A stretch of DNA of 62,541 bases, the filler included, from Basidioascus undulatus (Eukaryota), in the NCBI GenBank assembly GCA_000826855.1. It is 4 parts of 4 records of this genome, joined end to end, with 100 filler letters (N's around TTAATTAATTAA, not from the genome) between each part and the next. Parts side by side here need not be neighbours in the genome. Positions count along the whole stretch, not along the records: positions 47,011 to 62,541 come from JTLS01000641.1; 3 more parts are not named here. One strand, given 5' to 3'. Within the stretch, counting starts at the first letter, position 1. Every line of letters begins with the position of its first letter. A program made the translations under genes and the position numbers. Below, in pieces: positions 52,790 through 62,541 of this stretch. Below the pieces are notes generated by a model. The model was not told the origin of the DNA. It saw only the letters and a list, made by a program, of their open reading frames with translations, and made no database searches.

Positions 52790-54345
52790 TTAGCGGCGCG
52801 AGAGGTCAAGGACCGGGAGAGTGAAGAACGAAGTCTCCTTGGTGAGGAGGCCGGCGAGGGCGACGTACCACTGTGGAGCGTATATGTCAGAGGGGATCGC
52901 GAAAGTGCGAAGAAATAGGGTTGGACATACCGCGACTGCAACGTGCAATAGCAATACAGGGTATTGAGTCAGTGCTTCGCTCATTTGGTCCCTCAAGATA
53001 TCAGTAAAAAATACTTGCTGAAGGCGGTAATAACACCCGTCGCACCGCCGGCCTTGGTAAGGCTAGTGTTGTGAGTGAACTCGGCGGCTGCCAACGGGGT
53101 GTGTCAGAAGTTGAAACTTGCCTTGCCCCTCAGTCAACTCACCCGAAAGCAGAATGAACGTCAACGTAAGCATGAAAAAGAGAGCAACGAGACCGCCAGA
53201 GGCTGTTACGCAGTGGGTTGTCAGTGTGGGAGTTCAAGCACTGCGGACAGAAGTGGCACTCACAGCGCAGCGATGCAATCAACATAATAAGCGTGAAGAT
53301 CCACCATGCACTGAGATGGATGTCCAGTGACTTCGTCAATGAAAGCGTCATCAGGTGGAAGGAGACATGAGCGTACGTGAGATAGATGCCCAGGGCCTGT
53401 TGTGAAAAAAGCGTCAGAAGGAGGTCCGGACCCATGAGCGCGACCGGGAAGACGTACGTTTTGCAGCATACCCTTCTCCTCGTACGCAGCCTCGATGCCC
53501 GTCGAGGGAATGAGGACTACAGGACAAGAGAATCCACCAATTGTCAGAAAAATCCAGAACCACTCTTCGACATCGAGACTGGCGTACTCGAGGCGTAAGA
53601 GATCCTGAAGAGGAGCGCACGGGGGAAGGTCAGCTGACAGCTCGTCCACCTGTCCCCCTCTCACGCCAAGGCCCCCCGCTTCCCGCTTCCCACAAACATA
53701 TGACATACCAGAAGCCGCCGTAGGAGGAGAAGGCCGTGGCACCGAAGGTGTTGCCGCAGGCGAACCTGGAGTGCGCTGGGGGTGAGCACTATGACGAGCG
53801 AAGAGGCTTCCAGAGCGGACTTACTCCCACATGCCCGCCAAGAGTTGCGCAAGGCCACCGTAGCCAAGGGCCATGCCGACCACTACATTCGGAACGGTGA
53901 TGTCACGGGTCTGAAGGTTAAAGAGCGAGAGAATGAAGGTAGTGGCAGCGAATGCGGAGAGACCGAGAGGCGCCGGGTTGGCGAGGCGGCGGTGGACTGC
54001 GGAAGTGAGTGAATGTGTAAGCTAATATCCCGCGGCATTCATACCTCGGGGAGATCAGGGAGCAGCGATGTGTGCTGAAATGTGGCCAGGCGACTCAGGC
54101 AAGGTGTGAGAAGACGCACAGACAGGGAAAGCAGGCTGCGAGTTGTCGATGGGGTTGCCGCCCGGGGTGATGAAGCGAGCGATGTTCGCGTTGGCCTGGT
54201 TCTGGGGGGGAACGATGTTGGCTATCCGAACTTGAGAGTACCTGAGAAGCCTCCGACTTACCATGTTGCCGGGCGTAACGCCGTTGTCGTTGGGCTGGCC
54301 AGACACGCCGTTGGCGACGGTGGAAGCCTTGGTCTCGTTGGACAT
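52790..54345 (-). CDS. ADY2: GPR1/FUN34/YaaH (Ady2/ATO/SatP) acetate transporter
   Basis: HRRLANPAPLGLSAFAATTFILSLFN, YGGLAQLLAGMWE/FACGNTFGATAFSSYGGFW, WYVALAGLL..FTLPV. TATAA at ~54474-54478. Confidence 0.92.
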
Positions 54346-57138
54346 GATGAACGCGTGGGGATCAAGGGAAAGCGGGTATTACAAAGTAGTCCACTGAGGG
54401 CTGCAGAAGTGAGTGCGGGGCAAGAGGCAGAAGCTGGCAGAACCTGCTGTTGGCCGCCGCCCCACCCCAGCACTTATACTGTGGCTACGCTCAGGGCAAA
54501 TCTTGATTGCGTGGCAGGTCGCGCAGGGCCTAGTGCGTAACCGAACGAAGTGCAACAAACACCAAGCGGCGTGACACCTCCACAACATTCACCGCCCTGC
54601 CCCTAACGGCTTCCGTCGATCACAGGACGGTGTAAAGAGCGGTCCCAATTTTACAGTCTGCGCGGCCAAATTTGGCTGTGTACCACCCCTTCAACAAGCC
54701 CTTCGCTCATGTTTTCTGCTTTCATAGAACACTTTGACCGGACTGTTGTTAACAATTTCTATGTATCAAGACAGAAGATGAGTTTCTGAAGGTGCATGCT
54801 GTGAAATGCATCAACAACCTAAGCTCACAAGCGGCGGCCTGCTGGTGCACTTCAGGCACCAATGCCAGCATTCTGGGCGCGTTGCGCAAGCGCAAGATGA
54901 GGGGCCCCTTCCGGGATGCCCCGTCAAGATGGAGTTGTGCGGAGAACAAGCGGGGCAACTTCAAGGAGCCAATGGGGAAGGGACTTGGCGGCCTCAAAAA
55001 TGTGGGGCGCCGTGTCGTGGCATCGGTTCGTGATTCTTGCCCTTCGCGAAGGTCCCTGAAGGCCGAAACACCGATCCTTCGCCTTCGCAACGTTTTATAC
55101 TGGACTGCTGCACTTGCTTGATAATGTTTGCAATAGTCTCATCCAAGCAGCAGGCCGAACATAAAAGAGCGTATGGCCAAAACTGTTCGCAGCCAGAGTT
55201 TGTAAAAGCAGGGTACCCGAGAGTCTCGAGCTTGGAGCTCATAGCTGATAGGCTGATAGTGCGATGCGCTCTATCGCTACTACCTTGCGTACTGTTTATT
55301 TGATGTTGGCTTGAACCTGGACTCGTCCTACATACAACGGTCTAGCGAAGGTCGAAGTCTGTAGCACACTGCAGAAGATCGCTCGCAAGCGTAGGTATCC
55401 CTTTCAAATTCGTTCCGGTGCCCGGCGGCGACGAATGCGCATTTGGTGTTTCCAAAACTTCTCAGGACGTACCGTTGCGCACTGGGCAAAGGCTCGCTGT
55501 GAAAGGATTGAAATAAAAGAAATTCAGCCGTTTTACTACTGATACGTGAAAAGCCCCGGAGTTCCTTGTCTGCTGTCCCAACCCGTGGTCTGAGTGGACC
55601 CCGCAAGTTCCTAACCATGCAATGCAGACGTCCTCCTACCCGACGCCGCCAAGCACAGAGTGGCGGAGACTGTTTCGTTGTTCAGCTCGATGCGCATCAT
55701 ACGACCAGCTGCGTAACCTGACTACGGACTGGCAACAGTTGGAGGACGCAGTACCCACTTGTCACGGTGAATGAACGCCTTAGTCGACCATTACTGCCGC
55801 ATCGAATCTTGCGGCAGACCGCATAGTAATGAGCAAGGCAAATTTGGGGAAAAGGTTTAGTGATATGCAGGAAAATGTTTGTGAGTGTGCCGCGAGCGGA
55901 GAATCGTGGCGTTTGTACAGCAGGTGATGGAACTGCGCGGATTATTGTGTCTGTATGTGCGTGCGTGCGGTAACGGGGGCCCTCGCCCCTCCAGTCTCTT
56001 AACTCGCAAGTTACTACTACGAAGCCCTTCAGGATTGCTCAGAGAGGATACTATACAGCTCTCACCCTGGTGCTTGATGCTCTTGGAAGGAGCCCGAGTA
56101 CACGAGGTTCCCAGAGCAGACAACCTCGAAGTCCCTGTGTCCCTGTAGAAAGCTGCCAAGTACGAAGGAAGGGAAAGATGCGAGCGTCGCGTTCCCTCCT
56201 CCTCAAGACTAGTTCAAGCTTCTCTGCTTGGCTATTCCAGACGGCCCAGGATGCAGGTGCCTTTACGCTCTCCAGTTCTCCCCTCCTGCACCTATGAATG
56301 AGGCTCCAGCTGTCCTGCATAAGGATGCCATGCTAAGGGATCATTTTCCTTTGTAAGCAGGGACTGCCCCCTCTATTCAGAGTGAAGTCGATAACAGTAA
56401 TCTTTAACAGCAACGACCTCAACCGCTTCAAGAAGAGGCCCTCACAACTAGGTGCGAATTACGCTATGCCAAGTCATGTTCAATGTTAGGTCTCTGAGAG
56501 TGAAAGTCCGAGTCCACGGAGGCATTGATCGGGACTTTCAACTTAAGCAGGCACTGAAGGGATGCTACTGCCAAACGGAAAGCACAATGGAACGCATGTG
56601 TGGAGAGCGGAGACCGCCCAGTCATACTGTAGACTCTCGTCATATCGTACACTCTCGTCGTACTATACAGAATGACTGAGTAAGGCTCAGGGCCGTGGTT
56701 TAAGAGGGAACTGCCAGCTTGTGTTGACCGCTCGGGGGTTTGCGATGTAAGCACTACGGCACGACAAGTGATCACCGCATGGCCTAGTGACCGCTGTGGC
56801 CACAGCAGCAGGTGGAGAAGGTATGCCATTATCCCTAATTCCATATGATACGGTGGACACAGTCGTATATTCACTATACTGGCCGCCAGGGTCGCGACAC
56901 TTAGGCTTTCGTATGTGTTCGGTATGTGTTCGCACGGCAGTCGGGAATCCGCATTCATCGCCAGTGCTGAGATTTACGCCAATAAACAAGGGTATACGGA
57001 CAATCGCGATTATGGTTCAAGAACGGTATGACAATGTAGTGTACAAGCAAAGAATCCTGCAGCACAATGCGGCCTAGCCCCTTCCGCTCCAGTGTATGCT
57101 TGGGTAGCCAAGCGGCCGCGTATCGATGCGACCGACCT

Positions 57139-59121
57139 CTACTCGAGCGGCGTTTCCCTGTGGAGAATGCACACTAGACTTAGCCCGCGAGCGCACACAC
57201 AGAAAAACCCGCTTCAACGTACCGCTTCACCGCCGTGATGACACAGTGCTGACCGCCGGCACCAACGTCCACCGCGTGGTATGATTTCAAGGCCGTGTTG
57301 TGCTGAAGTTGAAGGATCGGGTAATGTCAAAACAATAGCGAGGAACAGGGGCATCCGCAGAGATGGCTTACTATGCGAGTAGGCGTCTCGGCAGACTCGG
57401 CGTTTCCGAGACCCAGCTGAGACATGTTGCCGTATCCCCACGAGTAGACGAGACCGGTGTCCGACACCGCGAGGTTGTGGCGGAGGCCAGCGGAGATGGC
57501 CACGATCTTGGTCTCGCTGAAGCCCTTCTCGTACGGCGGCAGCTCGGGCGTCTCGTCGTCGTCCGTCGGCGGCGGGGGGAACGCGATGCGGACCGGCTCG
57601 GGGACGTGCTCGTCAACGACCATCTTGGGGAGCTCGACCTCGCTGACGTCCTTGCCCTGCTCCTCGGCGAGCTGACGGCGCTTGGCCTCGCGCTCCTCCT
57701 GAAGCTGCTTTGCGACCTCGATGCTGGCTGGGTGGTCCGGGGCGAGACCGAGCTCGTTGGCGTCGCAGCGGCCGCAGCCCCAGACCTCGCCGTTGTCGAA
57801 GAGGAAGAGCGAGTGGTGCTCGCCGCCGGAGATCTGGATCACGCGCGCGCCTCCGTGCCGCTCAGGGTGGAGCGCGTCGACAGGAGTCGGGACCGGGACG
57901 ATGCTGTCCCAACCGCCACGCTCGTCCGAGACGCCCGTCTGGTGCATCCTGTTCAGGCCCCACGCGTAGACAACGCCGTCTTTGTCGACCGCGAACGAGT
58001 GGTACGAGCCCGAACCGAGGAGGACGATGTTCTTGATGTGAAGCACCTCGGGCTGGAGGCCGTTCGTCTTGCGTCGCTCGATGATGCGGCGTCCGAGCCG
58101 GTTCTGCTGGCCGTTGCCCCATGCGTAGACGTGCCCGGCAGTGGTGAGCGCGAGCGCGTGGTCTGACCCGCACACGGCCTGCACGATCCGCTTGTTCGCG
58201 AACGCGGGGAGCGCGAGCGGCTTGGGCTGCCGCCGCTCGCTGCCGGGGCGACCATCGAATCCGAGGAGGCCTTCGCTTGACTGTGAATTGCGAGTCCTGA
58301 GCGTGAGCGAAGGCGAGAGAAACCGAGTGAATAGCACGCACGTTGAAGGTGCCCCACGCCCGCAGCTGGCCATCGTCGCTAACCGCAAGGGAGATGTAGT
58401 CGCCAGCTGCGACCTGCACCGCGCGGAAGCCCTCGACTCCCTCAACGGGGTGCGGCTCGCTTTCGAGCTCGTCCGATTCGACGCCGGGAACCACAGTGAC
58501 ACGGCCCAGCGACAGGCCGTCGTTGACACCCCACGACCAAATCTGCGGCAAACACTCCATCAGTCCCTCGCCTCTAATCCGCCTTCAAGAACGAATCCGC
58601 CACTCACCTTTCCGTTCGAGTCGATCATGAGGTTGTGCATGCCGCCTACCGCCACCCGCTCGACGCCATGGGGGCCGAGCTTGCCCTCAGTGATCGCCTC
58701 CTCGACCCACGCGTGGATACGGGGGCGCTTGATGTCGCCAATGGTGTCGGGGCCGAGCCCAAACTGGCCGCTCCCGCCGTTGCCGAACACGAGGATGGTG
58801 CGGGGCTTGCCGGACGGGTGCGGGGGCACGGGCTTGGGGAGGTCGTTGAGCTCGGGCGCGGCGGGTTTGGGGGGCGCGCGCGCCTTCTTGGCGGGGGCTG
58901 AGTCGCCGGCGGGAGGGGAGGCGGCGCGCTTGCGAGAGCGCGAAGAAGGGGTAGGGGGTGCGGTGACGGCCTTGGACGCAGCGCCGATGGTGGTACGCGT
59001 GCGGCCAGACGTGCGCGGGGTCGGAGGCTCAGCAGCGCGTGCTGGGTGCAAGAAAAGGCGACCGATAAGCTCTAAATTCCGTGGAAGTTCTATACAACGC
59101 GTGCTTACCGCGAGGAGGCAT
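57139..59121 (-). CDS. RCC1 Ran guanine-nucleotide exchange factor (Prp20/Srm1/Pim1)
   Basis: Basic N-tail with bipartite NLS (RKRAASPPAGDSAPAKKAR), then RCC1 repeats: VFGNGGSGQFGLG, VAVGGMHN, WSWGVNDGLSLGR, VCGSDHALAL, YAWGNGQQNRLGRRIIERRK, ISGGEHHSLFL, YSWGYGNMSQLGLG, GAGGQHC. Confidence 0.92.
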
Positions 59122-59767
59122 ATCTGCAGGAGAGAAAGTGCGAAGGCGGGGGGAAGAGGGAAGGCGGGTTGGACGAGACGATAAGTATTTGCCTCGCCTG
59201 CTTCCGAGCCGAAGCAGTTTCTTTCAGCGCACAACGACAAGCAGCGCGGACGTAAAGGGTACGCTCACAAATAAAATAAGGCTGTTCAGGCAGCTGAACC
59301 GGCGTGGGCTGTTTTTCGAGGAATGGGGACGAGGGAGTGCGAGAACGAGCAAAGAGATTGAGCGCACCCAAACTGAGGCAGCCCACGGGGGTCGATTGCC
59401 AAATAGTGTGCTCGACAAGCAGGCGAGGGGCCTGGCCCGGCAGCCGTAGAATGCGCACCTTCCCCGGCTTGTGAAGATTTCCACCCGAATGTCTTCTTCA
59501 AGTCTGACTCAAGTGTTGGATCGATATTAACTTTGGAAGGAGCGCGTGCCTGATCGTTCCGTTGCAACAGCGACTTAGACGTGTGCTCACATTCACTGTG
59601 TTGACGAGATCTGCACACAGTGACTTGACCGTGCAGGTCCTTCAAGGATTCACATATGCATTTATTATTATTCTTGAGAGATGAATATACGTGTGTAGGG
59701 CGCAACTCGAGCAAGAATTGAATACTGCACTCGAATCTGATTTTTTGCACGTGACGTCCCGACGTTG

Positions 59768-59801
59768 ACGCGAAAGGCAAACGCGTCCGACTTGGACGCG
59801 A
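59768..59801. promoter_or_regulatory. MCB/SCB-like cluster (ACGCGAAA, ACGCGT, ACGCGA) in the RCC1/Pcp1-like divergent intergenic region
   Basis: Three ACGCG cores within 34 nt, at 59768, 59781 and 59796. Confidence 0.55.
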
Positions 59802-60068
59802 GACGCTGACCACCGACCAACATCGACCCCATCGACCCTTCTACGACTCAGAGCATCCCACCCGCTCATCAGTATCCCACCCGCGGAGCATTTGCACGGC
59901 GTATAGCGTGTCAGGTGTGCTGCTCGCTCGGGCCTACACTCGTACGTCTTCGATCTCAGGAACACTCTTTCCCTGATATGTCCTCACACACGCAGCCTGC
60001 TTCGTCCGACATTCTTCTAGTCACCGTACCGGGCTGCAAATCTAGCTGCCCGCTACATCCGATCCACC

Positions 60069-62541
60069 ATGCCGCCCCTCAACCTTCCCCTCGAGACCCC
60101 CTCTCGCATCCTGCGCCGCATCGAGGCCGCCGAGGAGGACCCGCCCTCCCTTCCCTCCATCTCCCTTCCCGCTCCCTCCGACGCCTCCCACCTCGCCTCA
60201 GACTACGAAGGCGACGACGCCGGCAGTTATAACGCCGATGGATTCTCCGATGGCCATGTTGATGAGGGCGAGCCAGCCCCCGGTCCCTCACCTCCCGCCT
60301 TCGATCGATCGCACTCCTTCCGCCAGCCGCTCGCCGACGTAGAGAACTCACCCGCACACATCCCACCGCGCTCGCACCGCTCTTTCAAATCCAATCACTC
60401 CGGGCACACTTCTCTCCCACCCATCCCTTCCGCCAACACCTCCTTCGACTTCTCGTACGCTTCCTCGGGCGCACCCCTCACCTCCACCCCCCACGCGCCC
60501 TCCCATCGTTCATACAGCACCATTATCCCACCCAACTCGGGCGCGTCCTCCCGCACCCGCTTTGCCCACTCCGTCTACTCCTCGCGCTCGGCCGCGGGGA
60601 ACAGCTACCGGAACCGTACCGCCAACACGACGGCCAAGACGACCAGCACCTTGCCAGAGGTCAGCTTCTCGGCTTCGAGTATTGAGGCTGAGGACGAAGT
60701 CTCGGGCGAGGGCGAGGACGAGGACGAGCCCGCACAGAAGGCGGAGGTCGTGGACGTCAGCGCCGCAGACAGCGCCGGTGGTTCGGCGGAGCACGGGGCG
60801 GGAGACGCTCTGATGGACAAGTACCTCGGCGACGGGTTTGGCGAGGAAGAAGAGGGAGAAAATATAGAAGAGGAGAACGGCTCTCGTTCTGCGTCGTGCG
60901 TTTCTCCCCCTTCCCCTCCCCCTTCCCCTCCCCGCTGCCCCCGCACACAGAGGACGCTAACCCGGCATTTCAGGGCGGAAACTCAAGACAGCGACGGCCT
61001 GCCGCTCGAAGCGCACCCACTCTCGGTCATCCCTGAGGACGAGACCGAACTCCCGACACTCCGGGACGTCTCGGCGTCCGACCGCTCTTCCCGATCCCAC
61101 ACGTCTTCTACCGGCGACCGCTCCGTGCCGCACGCGCGTGCCCACCCCGACTCACACGTCGCCGTGCGCAGGCAGCGCACGGCCGCTTTGCCACGGCTCA
61201 CGCACTCGGACGTGTCCACTGCGAGCGACTCGAGCCAAGGCACGCCCGACCCCGGCGAGGAGGCAGTCGTTCAAGTCGTCGAGCCTGAGGTTGAGGCCGA
61301 GGGCAGCATATCCCGCGCATCCTTCGTCGCTGGAGAGGGCGACGAGGACGTTGACGCTCCAGACGCGCTCGTATCTCCGCACAAGCCTTCGGGACTGGCA
61401 ACGCCCTTGGCCGCGCTAGGCCGCAGAACGCCCTCTCCGGCCCCGCCGACGCAGCACACGATCCGCTTCGCCTCGGCGTCACCCTTCCAGCAACAGCCGT
61501 CGCTGGCGACCCCGCGGGCGTTTCACGCCCCGACTGAGGCCGAGCGGCGCAAATCGATCCTCCTCTCCGCCCTCAAGTCCACAGACCGCCCGCGCTTCGC
61601 CAAGGGTACCCCGCAGACCAAGACCGTCTCTTTCTCGCAGGCGGTGCTCGCTACGCCGCATTCCGCTTCCCACACGTCCTTTACCTCGGACGTCTCATCG
61701 ACGAACGACCTCGTCACCCCGCACCGCGCCAACACGTCCTTCCCCGGCCCGGGCGGCGACACGAAGCGACAGTTCAACTCATCCAAGCTCAACTCGTACC
61801 TCCACACGCTCAACGAGCACCTCACCGCCGAAAACCAGCAGCTCGCGCGCGCGCTGGACGAGAACGTCAAGGAAGTCAACCGCCTCCGGAACCGGAACCT
61901 CTCGCTCGAGGCGGCTCTGCGCGAGGTGGGCGTCGCGCCCGGCGACGAGAGCGACGACGGTGCGCACTCGTTCAAGCTGGGAACGACGCCGAAACTGAAC
62001 GATGCCGACGACGAGCAATGGCGCACGACGTTACAGCACGAGCAGGAGCGCTCGGCGCACTTGAACGACGAACTCGAGCACGTCCTCCGCAATCACGATT
62101 CGCGCCTAGGCATCCTGCGCGAGCTTGGCGAAGAGATCTCGGGCCGCCGTGGATCGTCGCCGCCGGTCGAGGGCGACGCCGAACTGCGCGCCGAGCTCGA
62201 GCGCCTTCGCTCAGAGCTCGAGGACTGCGACGCGCGGATCGCCGAGCTCGAGCAAAGCCCCGCCGATCTCTCAAGCCTTTCGGACTCGGAGGGAGCCAAC
62301 GCCGAGCTCCACAGCCTCCACGCCCGTCTGCAAGAGGCCGAGGAGGCCGCATCTACCCGCGATGCCGAAGTCCAGGCGCTGTCGGCTGCGCTTGCGTCCG
62401 TCAAGGAGGCGCACGCCGAACAGGCGCGCTCCTTCACGGCCAAGAAGCAGGCCCTCGAGGTCGTGCTGGGCAAGCTTGTGGGCGAACTCGAGTCGCGCCT
62501 GGCCGCGCGCGAGCAGGAGCTCGCGGCTGCCTCGATCGCGC
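60069..62541 (+). CDS. Large coiled-coil protein, probable basidiomycete pericentrin/Pcp1/Spc110-like spindle pole body protein; 3' truncated
   Basis: MPPLNLPLETPSRILRRIE, RRKSILLSALKSTDRPRF, SSTNDLVTPHRANTSFP, FNSSKLNSYLHTLNEHLTAEN, then coiled coil. The PACT domain would lie beyond the window, so the family call rests on recalled N-terminal motifs. Confidence 0.6.
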   Translation, partial: MPPLNLPLETPSRILRRIEAAEEDPPSLPSISLPAPSDASHLASDYEGDDAGSYNADGFSDGHVDEGEPAPGPSPPAFDRSHSFRQPLADVENSPAHIPPRSHRSFKSNHSGHTSLPPIPSANTSFDFSYASSGAPLTSTPHAPSHRSYSTIIPPNSGASSRTRFAHSVYSSRSAAGNSYRNRTANTTAKTTSTLPEVSFSASSIEAEDEVSGEGEDEDEPAQKAEVVDVSAADSAGGSAEHGAGDALMDKYLGDGFGEEEEGENIEEENGSRSASCVSPPSPPPSPPRCPRTQRTLTRHFRAETQDSDGLPLEAHPLSVIPEDETELPTLRDVSASDRSSRSHTSSTGDRSVPHARAHPDSHVAVRRQRTAALPRLTHSDVSTASDSSQGTPDPGEEAVVQVVEPEVEAEGSISRASFVAGEGDEDVDAPDALVSPHKPSGLATPLAALGRRTPSPAPPTQHTIRFASASPFQQQPSLATPRAFHAPTEAERRKSILLSALKSTDRPRFAKGTPQTKTVSFSQAVLATPHSASHTSFTSDVSSTNDLVTPHRANTSFPGPGGDTKRQFNSSKLNSYLHTLNEHLTAENQQLARALDENVKEVNRLRNRNLSLEAALREVGVAPGDESDDGAHSFKLGTTPKLNDADDEQWRTTLQHEQERSAHLNDELEHVLRNHDSRLGILRELGEEISGRRGSSPPVEGDAELRAELERLRSELEDCDARIAELEQSPADLSSLSDSEGANAELHSLHARLQEAEEAASTRDAEVQALSAALASVKEAHAEQARSFTAKKQALEVVLGKLVGELESRLAAREQELAAASIA

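Overview
Intron-rich, GC-rich fungal nuclear DNA. The gene models, GTGCGT/GTCCGT/GTGAGT donors, CTGAC/CTAAC branch points and C/T-rich introns suggest a basidiomycete, probably a Pucciniomycotina-type yeast (inference). The window is not one locus. It is four contigs of decreasing length (15596, 15567, 15547 and 15531 nt) joined by 100-nt N44-TTAATTAATTAA-N44 spacers, so adjacency across a spacer means nothing. Contig 1: glycerol kinase, a decayed tandem duplication, a HAD hydrolase, an acyl-protein thioesterase 5' end joined to the 3' part of a GH5 glucanase, GTP cyclohydrolase I and a COX VIIc-like gene. Contig 2: Sam35/metaxin, a protein with a PB1-like domain and an apparently inactive retropepsin-like domain, a Sac2/INPP5F phosphatase, mitoribosomal bL27, an F-box/LRR pseudogene, and SPC24 head-to-head with an Mto1/ApsB CM1 gene. 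Contig 3: a divergent Rae1-like WD40 gene, an ~11 kb island of mostly pseudogenes (two F-box-like genes, a duplicated secreted protein and a secreted zinc metallopeptidase), and BRR6/BRL1 head-to-head with BUB3. Contig 4: a CLC channel with an altered selectivity motif, kinesin-14, an Ady2/ATO transporter, and RCC1 head-to-head with a probable pericentrin/Pcp1-like gene. I found no supportable rRNA, tRNA, CRISPR array or intact transposon. Exon boundaries were read by eye and family calls rest on recalled motifs, not on database searches.
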